From sequence record MZ065353.1: a stretch of 64,000 nt of DNA; one strand, written 5' to 3'. Origin of the DNA: Escherichia virus KFS-EC3. Under the pieces are notes generated by a model, which saw nothing but the letters and a program-made list of their open reading frames with translations, made no database searches and had not been told where the DNA came from. Of the stretch, positions 1 through 10,375 are shown piece after piece. Position 1 is the stretch's first letter. Each line of letters opens with the position of its first letter. The position numbers and the translations under genes were made by a program.

Positions 1-1
1 A

Positions 2-1240
2 AATATGATTGATGGATTTAAGCCAGTTCAACGATTTGTTATTGCTCGAGCTCTTGATTTGGCACGAGGAAATAAAGATAAGTTTCACAAACTCGCTTCT
101 ATTGCAGGTGGTGTAGCAGACCTTGGATATCATCATGGTGAAAACTCTGCACAAGACGCAGGTGCTTTGATGGCTAATACTTGGAATAATAACTTTCCTC
201 TGTTAGATGGTCAAGGAAACTTTGGTTCTCGTACCGTTCAAAAAGCAGCGGCAAGTCGTTATATTTTTGCTCGTGTAAGTAAAAATTTCTATAACGTATA
301 TAAAGATACTGAATATGCTCCGGTACATCAAGATAAAGAACACATTCCGCCTGCTTTCTATTTGCCTATTATTCCTACTGTTCTTCTTAACGGTGTTTCC
401 GGTATTGCAACTGGTTATGCAACTTACATTCTTCCTCATAGTGTTTCTTCTGTCAAGAAAGCTGTATTACAAGCTCTTCAAGGAAAGAAAGTAACTAAAC
501 CGAAGGTAGAATTCCCAGAATTTCGCGGTGAAGTCGTTGAAATTGACGGTCAATATGAAATTCGTGGAACATATAAGTTTACTTCACGAACTCAAATGCA
601 TATCACTGAGATTCCATATAAGTATGATCGTGAAACTTATGTGAGTAAAATCTTAGACCCGCTTGAAGATAAAGGCTTCATTACGTGGGATGATGCTTGT
701 GGCGAGCATGGTTTTGGCTTCAAGATTAAATTCCGCAAAGAATATTCTTTGAGCGATAATGAAGAAGAACGTCATGCAAAAATTATGAAAGACTTCGGGT
801 TGATTGAGCGTCGTTCTCAGAATATTACGGTTATTAATGAGAAAGGAAAACTACAAGTTTACGATAACGTAGTTGATTTAATTAAAGACTTTGTTGAAGT
901 TCGTAAAACTTATGTCCAAAAACGAATTGATAATAAAATTAAAGAAACTGAGTCAGCTTTTCGTTTAGCTTTTGCCAAGGCACATTTCATTAAGAAAGTA
1001 ATTTCAGGTGAAATTGTTGTGCAGGGTAAAACTCGCAAAGAACTGACCGAAGAACTTTCTAAAATTGATATGTATTCTTCTTATGTTGATAAACTAGTTG
1101 GAATGAATATTTTTCATATGACTTCAGATGAAGCAAAGAAACTTGCTGAAGAAGCTAAAGCCAAAAAAGAAGAAAACGAATATTGGAAAACTACCGATGT
1201 AGTTACAGAATACACCAAAGATTTAGAGGAAATCAAATGA
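2..1240 (+). CDS. 52: DNA topoisomerase II medium subunit gp52, 5'-truncated at window edge
   Basis: Translation matches recalled T4 gp52 from the NMIDGFKPVQRFV motif onward; frame open to window start. Confidence 0.93.
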   Translation, partial: NMIDGFKPVQRFVIARALDLARGNKDKFHKLASIAGGVADLGYHHGENSAQDAGALMANTWNNNFPLLDGQGNFGSRTVQKAAASRYIFARVSKNFYNVYKDTEYAPVHQDKEHIPPAFYLPIIPTVLLNGVSGIATGYATYILPHSVSSVKKAVLQALQGKKVTKPKVEFPEFRGEVVEIDGQYEIRGTYKFTSRTQMHITEIPYKYDRETYVSKILDPLEDKGFITWDDACGEHGFGFKIKFRKEYSLSDNEEERHAKIMKDFGLIERRSQNITVINEKGKLQVYDNVVDLIKDFVEVRKTYVQKRIDNKIKETESAFRLAFAKAHFIKKVISGEIVVQGKTRKELTEELSKIDMYSSYVDKLVGMNIFHMTSDEAKKLAEEAKAKKEENEYWKTTDVVTEYTKDLEEIK

Positions 1241-1386
1241 GTCCATTCATAGGTATTACAAGCGCTGCATTAGTATCTGGTGGCATTTTGCTGGCGGGTT
1301 TAGGCGTTGTTCCAGCCGTAGCAGGAGGTCTTCTTGCGTTCGGAATTCAACGTGTTATCATGACAGTTATCACAGTCATGCAGTAA
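1237..1386 (+). CDS. small hydrophobic membrane peptide (49 aa), motA.1 position
   Basis: ATG overlaps gene 52 stop; Gly/Ala/Leu-rich hydrophobic sequence; followed by hairpin terminator. Confidence 0.5.
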   Translation: MSPFIGITSAALVSGGILLAGLGVVPAVAGGLLAFGIQRVIMTVITVMQ

Positions 1387-1391
1387 TCTTA

Positions 1392-1416
1392 GGGGAGCCT
1401 CGGCTCCCCTTTTTTA
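1392..1416 (+). terminator. intrinsic terminator (GGGGAGC-CUCG-GCUCCCC hairpin + T-run)
   Basis: GC stem-loop directly followed by TTTTTT; seen in sequence. Confidence 0.7.
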
Positions 1417-1440
1417 TTTCAAAAATTTTTTCACAAAACG

Positions 1441-1470
1441 GTTTACAACCAAAGCATTCCATGGTACTAT
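1441..1470 (+). promoter_or_regulatory. T4-type early promoter upstream of motA (GTTTAC -35, TACTAT -10)
   Basis: GTTTAC then about 18 nt spacer then TACTAT; same cassette repeated at 18716. Confidence 0.55.
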
Positions 1471-1511
1471 ACAACTATCAACTACTGATACAGAATTACG
1501 GAGATTAGAAA

Positions 1512-2147
1512 ATGTCTAAAGTAACTTACATCATCAAAGCTTCTAACGATGTTCTGAATGAAAAAACTGCCGCAATTTTAATTACCATTGCTAAGAAAGA
1601 TTTCATTACAGCTGCAGAAGTTCGTGAGGTGCATCCAGATTTAGGTAACGCAGTAGTTAATAGTAATATTGGGGTATTGATTAAAAAAGGCCTGGTGGAG
1701 AAATCTGGTGATGGATTAATCATTACAGGCGAAGCTCAGGATATTATTTCAAATGCGGCAACTTTATATGCACAGGAAAATGCTCCTGAACTACTGAAAA
1801 AACGAGCAACTCGTAAAGCTCGTGAGATTACTTCCGATATGGAAGAAGATAAAGACTTCATGTTAAAACTTTTAGATGAAAATGGATTTGTTCTTAAAAA
1901 GGTTGAAACTTATCGCAGTAACTATCTCGCTATTTTAGAAAAACGCACTCATGGAATTCGTAATTTTGAAATTAACAACAATGGAAATATGCGAATTTTT
2001 GGATACAAAATGATGGAACATCATATTCAGAAATTTACTGACATCGGTATGTCATGCAAAATCGCTAAAAATGGTAATGTGTATCTTGACATTAAACGCT
2101 CAGCAGAAAACATTGAAGCTGTAATCACTGTAGCATCTGAACTGTGA
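1512..2147 (+). CDS. motA: MotA middle-transcription activator
   Basis: 211 aa, matches recalled T4 MotA in sequence and length; RBS present. Confidence 0.95.
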   Translation: MSKVTYIIKASNDVLNEKTAAILITIAKKDFITAAEVREVHPDLGNAVVNSNIGVLIKKGLVEKSGDGLIITGEAQDIISNAATLYAQENAPELLKKRATRKAREITSDMEEDKDFMLKLLDENGFVLKKVETYRSNYLAILEKRTHGIRNFEINNNGNMRIFGYKMMEHHIQKFTDIGMSCKIAKNGNVYLDIKRSAENIEAVITVASEL

Positions 2148-2157
2148 GGAATAAATA

Positions 2158-2487
2158 ATGAACAAGTTAGAAATTGTTAATGAACTTCGTCGTTGTGCAG
2201 AACCTACTCAAGAGGGTTGGGACATCTGGTACCACGGGGCTTATCTTGGAACTATCGTAAAGATTAAGACTGGTAAATACATGATTATTCGTGAAAATAA
2301 AGATGCTCCAGTAGGTATTCGCAATAATTTCATGACAGCGATAAGTTCCTTTACGGATTCAGCTTACGAAATTTACCTTGCTGATTATAAAGAATTCCAG
2401 GAATCTCAACCAGTTATTCGCTCAATTGGTGTTAACAAAGCTCAACAGAAAACTTTGTGGCAGCGTATTAAAGGATGGTTTAAATGA
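2158..2487 (+). CDS. hypothetical protein (arn.x block)
   Basis: 109-aa ORF packed between motA and arn; no recognisable motif. Confidence 0.6.
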   Translation: MNKLEIVNELRRCAEPTQEGWDIWYHGAYLGTIVKIKTGKYMIIRENKDAPVGIRNNFMTAISSFTDSAYEIYLADYKEFQESQPVIRSIGVNKAQQKTLWQRIKGWFK

Positions 2488-2945
2488 ACCCATTTATTAA
2501 TCGTTTAAAAATGCTGAATGTGCCTTTATCTCGTGAAACTCCAGAAAGTCTTGTTGAAAAATTTAAAGCACATGGTTATAAATGCACAGAAGAAGATATT
2601 CTTGCAGAAGTTCCTGAAATCTGTTGGCAGACCGCATACTGGGACGAAAACCAAAAGTATCAACGACGAATTGTTTGCGCAGCAAATCGTTTTAAATTAA
2701 AAGATGGACGAACTCTTGTTATTCCAGGTGCTCGTCATTATTCTAAAGATATGGCAGAAGTTTTAGATGTAGTTAAACCTCAATTAGTTACTCAACAAGT
2801 TTGTGATGATGACCAAGGGTTTATTGACCAATATAGTAATTATTGGACCCGTGAAGAAGCAATGATTATTGCAACTTACGCTGGACAAGTACGTATCGAA
2901 CGCGGCGGTAGTGAAAAAGAACTTTACTCTGAGGACCTTTACTAA
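2484..2945 (+). CDS. hypothetical protein (arn.x block)
   Basis: 153-aa ORF, start overlaps upstream stop (ATGA coupling). Confidence 0.6.
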   Translation: MNPFINRLKMLNVPLSRETPESLVEKFKAHGYKCTEEDILAEVPEICWQTAYWDENQKYQRRIVCAANRFKLKDGRTLVIPGARHYSKDMAEVLDVVKPQLVTQQVCDDDQGFIDQYSNYWTREEAMIIATYAGQVRIERGGSEKELYSEDLY

Positions 2946-3241
2946 TGAATATTAAAAAGTTTCAAATTGATGGAATTACGAATCAAATCCAGGCACTGGA
3001 ATATGCCAATAAAATGATGTCAACTAATTGGGGAATTTATGCCAATGAACCGGGATTTAAGTTCTGTGATATGGAATTCACTAAAAAGCTCGTAGGAAAA
3101 GATTATGTATGTCCATTTAGTTCTATAATAAATGACATGCTAAAACCTGCTTTGCGCGATCTTTATATTGCGATGAACGAAGAAATGATAAAAGAACTAA
3201 AACGTCAACTGAAGGTGATTCAATTTGGCCAGGGAAATTAA
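2945..3241 (+). CDS. hypothetical protein (arn.x block)
   Basis: 98-aa ORF, start overlaps upstream stop. Confidence 0.6.
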   Translation: MNIKKFQIDGITNQIQALEYANKMMSTNWGIYANEPGFKFCDMEFTKKLVGKDYVCPFSSIINDMLKPALRDLYIAMNEEMIKELKRQLKVIQFGQGN

Positions 3242-3525
3242 TTCAAAATCCGATTATTTTAATTCTCTCAACGATAAAGATAAAATCTAATACGGCATTT
3301 TATTGTTGAAATGGGATATATTGATACGCATGATTTAAGAGAACATATATTTGAATGTGGTGTAGCTAAAAAGTTTTCATTCACATGCAAATGTTTAAGA
3401 GAGGTAATTCAGCACTATGAACAATTTAGTCGCAAAGCATAACTTTAATAAAGCTTCTGTTCATAAAGATAAGAAGAAAGCGTTTAAAGAATCCAATCGC
3501 AAACAGAAACATAAGGGGAAGGTCT

Positions 3526-3804
3526 ATGATTATTAATTCTCAGTCTGTGGTTCAATACACAATCAAAATTGATATTCTAGAAAAGCTATATAAGTTTCTA
3601 CCAAATTTATACCACTCGATTGTTAATGAATTAGTTGAAGAACTACATCTCGAGAATAATGATTTCTTGGTTGGAACTTATAAAGACCTCTCAAAAGCAG
3701 GATATTTTTACGTAATTCCAGCTCCAGGAAAAAGTATTGATGATGTATTAAAAACTATAATGATTTATGTTCTTGATTATGAAATTGAAGATTATTTCGA
3801 ATGA
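3526..3804 (+). CDS. arn: Arn-like acidic protein (anti-restriction, McrBC inhibitor candidate)
   Basis: 92 aa, strongly acidic, immediately upstream of asiA as in T4; AGGGGAAGG RBS. Confidence 0.7.
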   Translation: MIINSQSVVQYTIKIDILEKLYKFLPNLYHSIVNELVEELHLENNDFLVGTYKDLSKAGYFYVIPAPGKSIDDVLKTIMIYVLDYEIEDYFE

Positions 3805-3953
3805 GTCATAATCTTGAAAAAGTAATCGAGCATAATGTAGCTCAGGAACGTAAGTCGTTCAAGGAATTCGTAGAAAAAATTTTTGAAGAAAATACCACAG
3901 ACCAGTTTACAAATCAAGCGTCTGATGATATTATAATAAAGTCAACTAATTGA
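3801..3953 (+). CDS. small hypothetical ORF (50 aa) between arn and asiA
   Basis: ATG overlaps arn stop; below ORF-track threshold; contains the asiA promoter. Confidence 0.35.
   Translation: MSHNLEKVIEHNVAQERKSFKEFVEKIFEENTTDQFTNQASDDIIIKSTN
3905..3937 (+). promoter_or_regulatory. putative early promoter for asiA (GTTTAC ... TATTAT/TATAAT)
   Basis: GTTTAC -35 with TA-rich -10 about 18-21 nt downstream, about 30 nt before asiA ATG. Confidence 0.45.
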
Positions 3954-3965
3954 GTGGTATAGTTA

Positions 3966-4238
3966 ATGAATAAAAATATTGATACAGTTCGTGAAATTAT
4001 TACTGTTGCGTCTATTTTGATTAAATTTTCCCGAGAAGATATTGTTGAGAATCGTGCTAATTTTATTGCATTTCTGAATGAGATTGGAGTAACGCATGAA
4101 GGTAGAAAGTTGAATCAGAATTCATTCCGTAAAATTGTTTCTGAATTAACTCAAGAAGATAAGAAAACCCTCATCGACGAATTCAACGAGGGTTTTGAGG
4201 GTGTATATCGATATCTAGAGATGTATACGAACAAATAA
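3966..4238 (+). CDS. asiA: AsiA anti-sigma-70 factor
   Basis: 90 aa; matches recalled T4 AsiA sequence (MNKNIDTVREIITVASILIKF...). Confidence 0.97.
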   Translation: MNKNIDTVREIITVASILIKFSREDIVENRANFIAFLNEIGVTHEGRKLNQNSFRKIVSELTQEDKKTLIDEFNEGFEGVYRYLEMYTNK

Positions 4239-4895
4239 TTATTTAGCCCTTCCTAATATTCTGGCCGCCTGAGCACATATTGATTCAAGGCGGTCATTAC
4301 TTATATGATCATTTCTATACCAGTACATGGTTATTGTTCCAGCATAGATATTATCCAAATTGAAATATGGACAACTGTACATGTAATTTATTTCGGGAGT
4401 AGGCTTTTTAGTCGGTAAAAAAGCAAATTTTGAGTTGGAATAATAATGACGTCCATTTAAATGAACTGCATATTCATCCATAGTTTTATCAACAGGATAT
4501 CCTCCAAGTGATTTTTCACTTATTGTTGAAGGTAATTTTCCTTCATATGCTATAATATCAACAAAATAGTTTAAGTTTTTAGGGCGGAAAGAATACACCG
4601 CACTAAAGTCTGCCTCAGATGATATATGAACTATCTGGAGTTGTTCCAGGGCGACAGATTCAAAGCGTGCATTTCTTTCCTTTTCAATAATTTCACTGTA
4701 TGTTTCATACTTTGATTGCTTATAGTACTCAAAGAAACTATCTCCCCTATACCAAACAATCGCCATTATAAACAAAAGAATTACGACAGCTACCCGGGAA
4801 GCAAGAACTTTCCCGGTAGCGTTATCTTTGAACAAGCGATCTAGAACACCAAACAGAATATCAGAGGGCGAAAATGATATTCTAGGTGCTGCCAT
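4239..4895 (-). CDS. t: holin T
   Basis: 218 aa, N-terminal TM segment, T4 holin length and position; convergent with asiA. Confidence 0.95.
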   Translation of the reverse strand: MAAPRISFSPSDILFGVLDRLFKDNATGKVLASRVAVVILLFIMAIVWYRGDSFFEYYKQSKYETYSEIIEKERNARFESVALEQLQIVHISSEADFSAVYSFRPKNLNYFVDIIAYEGKLPSTISEKSLGGYPVDKTMDEYAVHLNGRHYYSNSKFAFLPTKKPTPEINYMYSCPYFNLDNIYAGTITMYWYRNDHISNDRLESICAQAARILGRAK

Positions 4896-4926
4896 AGACC
4901 CTCCTTTTAAGGATATTTATTCAAAA

Positions 4927-5712
4927 TTATACTCTTGCACCATATATTGTACCAACTTTAGTCCAAGTTGGAGCATTACCAGTAACAGCTTTACCTGCTG
5001 CGCCGCCGTTATATTCTGATCCTTGACCGCGAATATTACATTTACCTCCTGCAGCTCCGGCATCACCACCATTCCCGCCATTATAGATACCGTTGACAGA
5101 CCCTTTACCGGGTGCAGAAATAGTACCAGCGGTAGCACCTTGTTCCATATTAGCAGAACCACCAGCAGCGCCAAATGGACGACCGCCTCCTCCGCCAAAA
5201 GTCAATTTCATTTGTGAAAAAGGAGAGTAGTATCCGCCGCCGCCACCGCCACCGCCTCCTGCGATAACACCATTGTTGTTAATACGTAATCTAGTTCCAA
5301 TTCCGTTATTTATTGCAGTTCCTCCTGCTCCACCGGCAGAGTTATTTCCACCATTCCCGCCGCGACCCCAAACATGCACACCTGAATTGATATTAAGTGT
5401 CACATACGCATTAGTTAACGAGCTAGGAAAATCTAAGCATGGAACACCAGTAGATTGAGAAACAATATTTCCTGTAATAGTAATAACAACAGGAGTGCTT
5501 CCTTGGGCTTTTATCCAATTTATTAGTGTGTCTTTATTATAAGAATTGCTAGCACCAATGCTGTAATATACTTCTTTAGATTGTCCGGCCATTGAGCTCA
5601 TCCAACCAGGAACTGAAACACGAACTGCTTTCATTGCAGCATCCATCCAACGTTGTCCAGTTTCATTCACGGCAGATTCACCAATCCAGCCAGGAACACC
5701 TACAATTGCCAT
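4927..5712 (-). CDS. 38: gp38 tail-fibre tip adhesin, T2-type with poly-glycine linkers
   Basis: 261 aa with several GGGGG runs separating variable segments; position after gene 37. Confidence 0.9.
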   Translation of the reverse strand: MAIVGVPGWIGESAVNETGQRWMDAAMKAVRVSVPGWMSSMAGQSKEVYYSIGASNSYNKDTLINWIKAQGSTPVVITITGNIVSQSTGVPCLDFPSSLTNAYVTLNINSGVHVWGRGGNGGNNSAGGAGGTAINNGIGTRLRINNNGVIAGGGGGGGGGYYSPFSQMKLTFGGGGGRPFGAAGGSANMEQGATAGTISAPGKGSVNGIYNGGNGGDAGAAGGKCNIRGQGSEYNGGAAGKAVTGNAPTWTKVGTIYGARV

Positions 5713-5720
5713 TAAAAATC

Positions 5721-5736
5721 CTTAGAGGGCCGAAGC
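5721..5736 (-). other. C(UUCG)G tetraloop RNA hairpin between genes 37 and 38
   Basis: GAGGGC-UUCG-GCCCUC on minus strand, no strong T-run. Confidence 0.5.
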
Positions 5737-5742
5737 CCTCTT

Positions 5743-8700
5743 TTACATAAGTTTAGATTCAAGTTCTTTTACACGAGAAGAAAGTGTTTTCACAGCTTCA
5801 ACCAGAAGAGCAATCTGGGCTTGAGAAGAAACAGTGAGTATTTTATTACCCTTGCTGTCTTCTGTTTCATGGACAGCTTCTGGTAAAACGTCTTGCAACG
5901 TTTGAGCTATAATACCCGCTTCGGTTTGAACAGGTTCACCGCCTATATATTCAGCTTTGTCATAGATTAAACCATCAAGTTGCTCAACCCTTTCGAGCGC
6001 ATTTTTAATAGGTTTAAAATTAGATTTCAAGCGAACATCAGAACGAATATAAACGTTAGGAGCATTGACGTTTTTCTCGGAATAAACTTCACTTGAGGTG
6101 AATCTAACAACTTTAACGTTGTTCGCCCACGCTTCTAAAAGCCCATCGCCTACTTGTCTAAAACCAGTATCACTATCACCAATTGCAATGGAGTTACCAC
6201 CCCAACCATTTGTTGTATTAATACCAAAAGAGTTAGTCTGTGTTATACCCGAAAGAACAGCAGAGTTAAATGAACATTGGTTACTACCGCCCGGTGAACG
6301 CTGGAAATAAACCAAATAATTTGATTCATCGGCAATTTCAATACGGTTGCCACGTGTGGCATCTCCAGCATGGAATATACTCATGTTTCTTGGATTAGCG
6401 CCAGACTTATTAAAGTGAATATAACCGTTGTTTTTGAGGGCAATATCGTTATAGAACTCTGATATCCCAGAAACACTCATCGAGTTTGAAATAGTTACTT
6501 TACCTGAAGCGATATTGATAGAAAAAGGTCTCAAGCTATTATAAGAACCCGAGGCTTTAGTTTTATCAGTATCGGTATTTTTATCTGTTAATAATATGTG
6601 GAACGTAGTACCATCATTATAAAACAGAGCAGCTGCAGAGCCGCTTTCGTCACCGTTAGATTTGTGACGATATCCTATAGTAGTATTTGCCACAAAAGTT
6701 GCATTTGTAGAAATATTAGAACTACCCGCGTCAAAAACGCCTGAGCTATTATTAAGAAGTTTAAAAACACGACCTTTAACAATATCTACAGGAAGCTCTG
6801 CTACTGGTGATTGCGTAGGCCCATATAATCCATGAACTACCACAGAAGCATTTTCTGAAGTGCTATATTCTATGGTAAGTCTATTTAAATAAGTGCCGCA
6901 ACTAATATAAACATCATACTCATCTCCTGAGGTATTAATATACGCAATATCTTTAATAGCATCTGTTTCACGTTGCCATAAAACACCGTTAATTCCTTTA
7001 GGCGTATTATTACCAGAACGTAATACAATTTCATTAATTGTTGCTTGTTTGAAAATACCAACGTTAAAACCGGAACCGCCTGTTATTTTAAATTGGACTG
7101 TAGCTACACCTTGAGGCATAGTTACTGTTGCCAATTTATACCAACCGCTTACAGAAGAATAGTTAATCCAGCCGGTAGTTACTTTACGGTTTAAAGTCGT
7201 ATCTAAGTTAGAAAAATTACCAGAACCACCGGTAATATTACCAGTTCTATCAAATCTGACTTTGCCTGCTATTAAATCGCGAGGTGAAATAAAATCACCG
7301 TTTTTAATAAATTCCCATCCAAAATCTGCTGTTTGTGGTCCTGAAGAACCGTTATCTCCGCCACCATGATAATGAACCCTGAAGTTACCATTATTAATTA
7401 AAGTTCCTAATGAATAGCAACCATTACCTTGGACATAACGTTGCTTCAAAATAGGAACATAAGTGCTTGTATCGGTTCTATCTATATTCATGTAGAACGG
7501 AGCACGAACGTTTTCATTATTTTGTGAAGCGAACGAACCTGCACCAGCAGGGCGAACAGCATCAGTACATTCTGCATCAATGTACGCAGCCTGACCTAAC
7601 TGCATACGGTAATTAGGAGAAATACGACTATGACTAGTAACAACAACAAGTTTATTATCGTTGTCTACAGTAATCATATTGCCGCCTCTGCCGTCATCGC
7701 CTAACGTGACAGAATGACGCATTTGTACCATACCATTATTAAGGCTGATACTTAGTGGGCGGAGATTACTTATTCCACCACTTTCACCGGCATCTTTAGG
7801 AGTCGGGATAATATGTAATGATGCTTCTGAACGACGGAAAATAGCACCATATTCAGCATTCCAAATTCTTAATGCATCTGCTGTTCCACCAAATTTAGCT
7901 TGTCCATTTACAGATAATCCATTATTTGCAACTAAACTGGATTCAGTAACAATAGAACCAGATGATGTAATACCGCCAGAAGTTAATAATGCTCCGGCAA
8001 CTCTAAATTGAATTGGTCCGACAGTCGAACCTGTTGCTGGAGCTACACGCTGTGCATAAAAATAATATCCCTGCCCGTCAGCCACTTCAAAAACTGTTTC
8101 ACGAGCACGATCGCCAGATGCGTTAAATGAATTACCCCACGCTTTAATAGATACATAACTTTTGTTCTGACCTGCGCGAGTACCACCAGCCCACAGTATA
8201 GTTTTAGTGCCATCTGCTGATGTAGGAGCGTCAAGTTGAATACCGTCAGGTCTAGCACCAGTAAGAACTAATCCGTTATCAAATTTAATTCTTTGTATTG
8301 AAGATACTGTTCCATTAGCATAAAACTGTACGTTATTAGAGCCAGTTACCAATTTCAAAATACCAGGGTTAATTTCCATACCTTCCTGTGTATTAATGTT
8401 GGTTTGGCCTTTACCGCGGAAATAATGGGAAAATTTACCGCCAGAATTATATCCAATGTGGGTTTGACCATCACCTGCATTGTTTGTATCAGCTTGGGTT
8501 TGAACCGATAAAAGCGCGGCGTTGGTTCCAGGCATTGTCCAGGTTCCGCCTTGGTCTTCTGAGCGTCCAAATAATGCTTTACGAGTACTACGGAAACTAT
8601 CCGGGGTAATAGATGCAACGGAATTCCAATTACCTACTAAATCATAAACGCCTTGCTTAATATATTTTAAACCGGTTGCAGCATCACCCAAAGCAATATA

Positions 8701-9639
8701 TCTTTCTCCCATTGGAGTAGGAGAGCCATAATTGTTAGTATTTTCATCAGTGGTAATTGTGCCAATAGCAAGCGAACGACGTAATACCATTGCGCCATCA
8801 TTACGAAGACCCATTAATTTAGTAGTAAGCGAGTTTCCGGTCCACCAAGAAATTTCATCATTCTTACCGGTTTGAGCTGAAGCGATTTCATGGTAAATAG
8901 TTCCACCTGATTTAGCTCGAACTTTACGAAGATAGTTTATACCATTTTCTTCGCCTGTTCCAGGATAAACATATTGAACTAATGATTGCGAATCATATTG
9001 TCCGAATGCTTTTGTATCTAAAATAATATTTTTAGTATTAATTTGAGGTGAAGTAATATTTCCAATAGCTGCAATATTTCCAGATGTAGTTATACTACCT
9101 CCTGATACTGCTAAACCTCCTGTATCAACAACAAATCCACCGTCACGTCGAAACGTCCAATATTTCGAATCGCCAGATTCATTAATATAATGAATCTTCA
9201 ACGAACCTTCAGAAACTAAAGTACCTAATGAAAAAGTTCCATCTTTAAAGCGCTGCTTAATTATAGGATTATATTCAGATGTGGAAAGAGCTGAGCTCAA
9301 ATCTACAAAAATTGGGGCTTTTGCAGCATGTTGACCAGCCCAAGCCCCACTTCCAGTAGTACGATAATTAAACTCAATATATCCACCGCTTGCTACAATT
9401 TGCGGACCAATTAAATTAAATTTTCCAGTCTGTGTATAATCACCGGTTTGAGTGATATTTCCACTGATATTACCGCCAGCAGAAATGCTTAAATCAATGA
9501 TATTTCCTGAATCATCTTTAGTAAAAATTGTTCTATCTTTTAAGTTTATAGCCAATTCACCTTCGGCTAATACTGAAGCAGCAGGACGTGCACCTGCGGT
9601 TTTGCTTCTTTTAAATTGTATTTGTTTTAAAGTAGCCAT
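5743..9639 (-). CDS. 37: gp37 long tail fibre distal subunit
   Basis: 1298 aa, Gly/Ser/Thr/Asn-rich fibrous protein in 34-35-36-37-38 order. Confidence 0.93.
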   Translation of the reverse strand: MATLKQIQFKRSKTAGARPAASVLAEGELAINLKDRTIFTKDDSGNIIDLSISAGGNISGNITQTGDYTQTGKFNLIGPQIVASGGYIEFNYRTTGSGAWAGQHAAKAPIFVDLSSALSTSEYNPIIKQRFKDGTFSLGTLVSEGSLKIHYINESGDSKYWTFRRDGGFVVDTGGLAVSGGSITTSGNIAAIGNITSPQINTKNIILDTKAFGQYDSQSLVQYVYPGTGEENGINYLRKVRAKSGGTIYHEIASAQTGKNDEISWWTGNSLTTKLMGLRNDGAMVLRRSLAIGTITTDENTNNYGSPTPMGERYIALGDAATGLKYIKQGVYDLVGNWNSVASITPDSFRSTRKALFGRSEDQGGTWTMPGTNAALLSVQTQADTNNAGDGQTHIGYNSGGKFSHYFRGKGQTNINTQEGMEINPGILKLVTGSNNVQFYANGTVSSIQRIKFDNGLVLTGARPDGIQLDAPTSADGTKTILWAGGTRAGQNKSYVSIKAWGNSFNASGDRARETVFEVADGQGYYFYAQRVAPATGSTVGPIQFRVAGALLTSGGITSSGSIVTESSLVANNGLSVNGQAKFGGTADALRIWNAEYGAIFRRSEASLHIIPTPKDAGESGGISNLRPLSISLNNGMVQMRHSVTLGDDGRGGNMITVDNDNKLVVVTSHSRISPNYRMQLGQAAYIDAECTDAVRPAGAGSFASQNNENVRAPFYMNIDRTDTSTYVPILKQRYVQGNGCYSLGTLINNGNFRVHYHGGGDNGSSGPQTADFGWEFIKNGDFISPRDLIAGKVRFDRTGNITGGSGNFSNLDTTLNRKVTTGWINYSSVSGWYKLATVTMPQGVATVQFKITGGSGFNVGIFKQATINEIVLRSGNNTPKGINGVLWQRETDAIKDIAYINTSGDEYDVYISCGTYLNRLTIEYSTSENASVVVHGLYGPTQSPVAELPVDIVKGRVFKLLNNSSGVFDAGSSNISTNATFVANTTIGYRHKSNGDESGSAAALFYNDGTTFHILLTDKNTDTDKTKASGSYNSLRPFSINIASGKVTISNSMSVSGISEFYNDIALKNNGYIHFNKSGANPRNMSIFHAGDATRGNRIEIADESNYLVYFQRSPGGSNQCSFNSAVLSGITQTNSFGINTTNGWGGNSIAIGDSDTGFRQVGDGLLEAWANNVKVVRFTSSEVYSEKNVNAPNVYIRSDVRLKSNFKPIKNALERVEQLDGLIYDKAEYIGGEPVQTEAGIIAQTLQDVLPEAVHETEDSKGNKILTVSSQAQIALLVEAVKTLSSRVKELESKLM

Positions 9640-9647
9640 AAGTCCTC

Positions 9648-10313
9648 TTAATAATAGCCGAAATCTTGAACAGAATCCTTAATTACGATTTGGTCAAATC
9701 GCGGAACGTGTGAAGGTTGAGACGCAGGATTCTGCGAGAAAAAGTTTGGTGCGGTTAAGTTTCCTGTCATAGTGTCACCAGATCGTAACACTCTAGAGTT
9801 TGCATTTGCCGTAACAGTATTTATTGCTCCATCAACATAGTCCTTTCTAGTAAGGTCATTTGCTGCTATAGGAGCGGCCGCATCACTTCTTACTTGACCA
9901 GTCGCCGACACAACACCTTTTGTGCTAATATCACCATTACGTGTGTTAATTACCACAGTTCGAGCTGCTGAACCCTGTGATGATTTAAAACCAATACCAT
10001 ACCATGAAACAATATCAATATTTGCTGTAGCAAAAGTAGCTGCATCGCCATTACCTGGATAAATACCGCACGGGTTTGTATTGTTTACAGCATATGGTAC
10101 TTGAACACCAGCATTAAATGTTACCTTTGACGCAAAAGTACCACCATTAGCTTTAGAAACGAAATCGTTATCAACAGCTTGTGGTTTATTATATTCTGAA
10201 TATATTTTAAATGATTTATAGAGTACATCGTCACCGGCTGGATTCAATGGAAAATTTCCTTGATGCCAAATGACAGAGCCTCCAGTTGTTGAACCTACTT
10301 TTAAATCAGCCAT
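9648..10313 (-). CDS. 36: gp36 long tail fibre distal connector
   Basis: 221 aa, T4 gp36 length and synteny. Confidence 0.9.
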   Translation of the reverse strand: MADLKVGSTTGGSVIWHQGNFPLNPAGDDVLYKSFKIYSEYNKPQAVDNDFVSKANGGTFASKVTFNAGVQVPYAVNNTNPCGIYPGNGDAATFATANIDIVSWYGIGFKSSQGSAARTVVINTRNGDISTKGVVSATGQVRSDAAAPIAANDLTRKDYVDGAINTVTANANSRVLRSGDTMTGNLTAPNFFSQNPASQPSHVPRFDQIVIKDSVQDFGYY

Positions 10314-10336
10314 TGTATGCCCCTTTATTTTAATAG

Positions 10337-10344
10337 TATTTATA
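10337..10344 (-). promoter_or_regulatory. late promoter TATAAATA upstream of gene 36
   Basis: Exact TATAAATA on minus strand 24 nt before gene 36 start. Confidence 0.7.
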
Positions 10345-10346
10345 AA

Positions 10347-10370
10347 GAAAAAGGGAACCCGAAGGCTCCC
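10347..10370 (-). terminator. hairpin (UUCG loop) + T-run after gene 35
   Basis: GGGAGCC-UUCG-GGUUCCC followed by UUUUU on minus strand. Confidence 0.6.
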
Positions 10371-10375
10371 TCAAT

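Noticed and set aside
4896-4926. AATAAATA upstream of holin t as a late promoter
   Set aside because: One mismatch to TATAAATA at a position usually conserved; not called.
5220-5270. GCC/GGC-rich simple-sequence run resembling a short tandem repeat
   Set aside because: It is the coding sequence for a poly-glycine linker in gp38 (minus strand), not a non-coding repeat or CRISPR-like array.
4917-5458. Track ORFs 4917-5198 (minus, alternative frame), 5023-5217 (plus) and 5273-5458 (plus) overlapping gene 38
   Set aside because: They lie inside the gp38 adhesin gene in other frames or antisense; the Gly-rich GGN repeats keep alternative frames open. No RBS or independent support.
6098-9682. Short track ORFs at 6098-6310, 8043-8258, 8355-8618 and 9452-9682 within or antisense to gene 37
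   Set aside because: Embedded in the 1298-aa gp37 reading frame region with no RBS; typical spurious frames.
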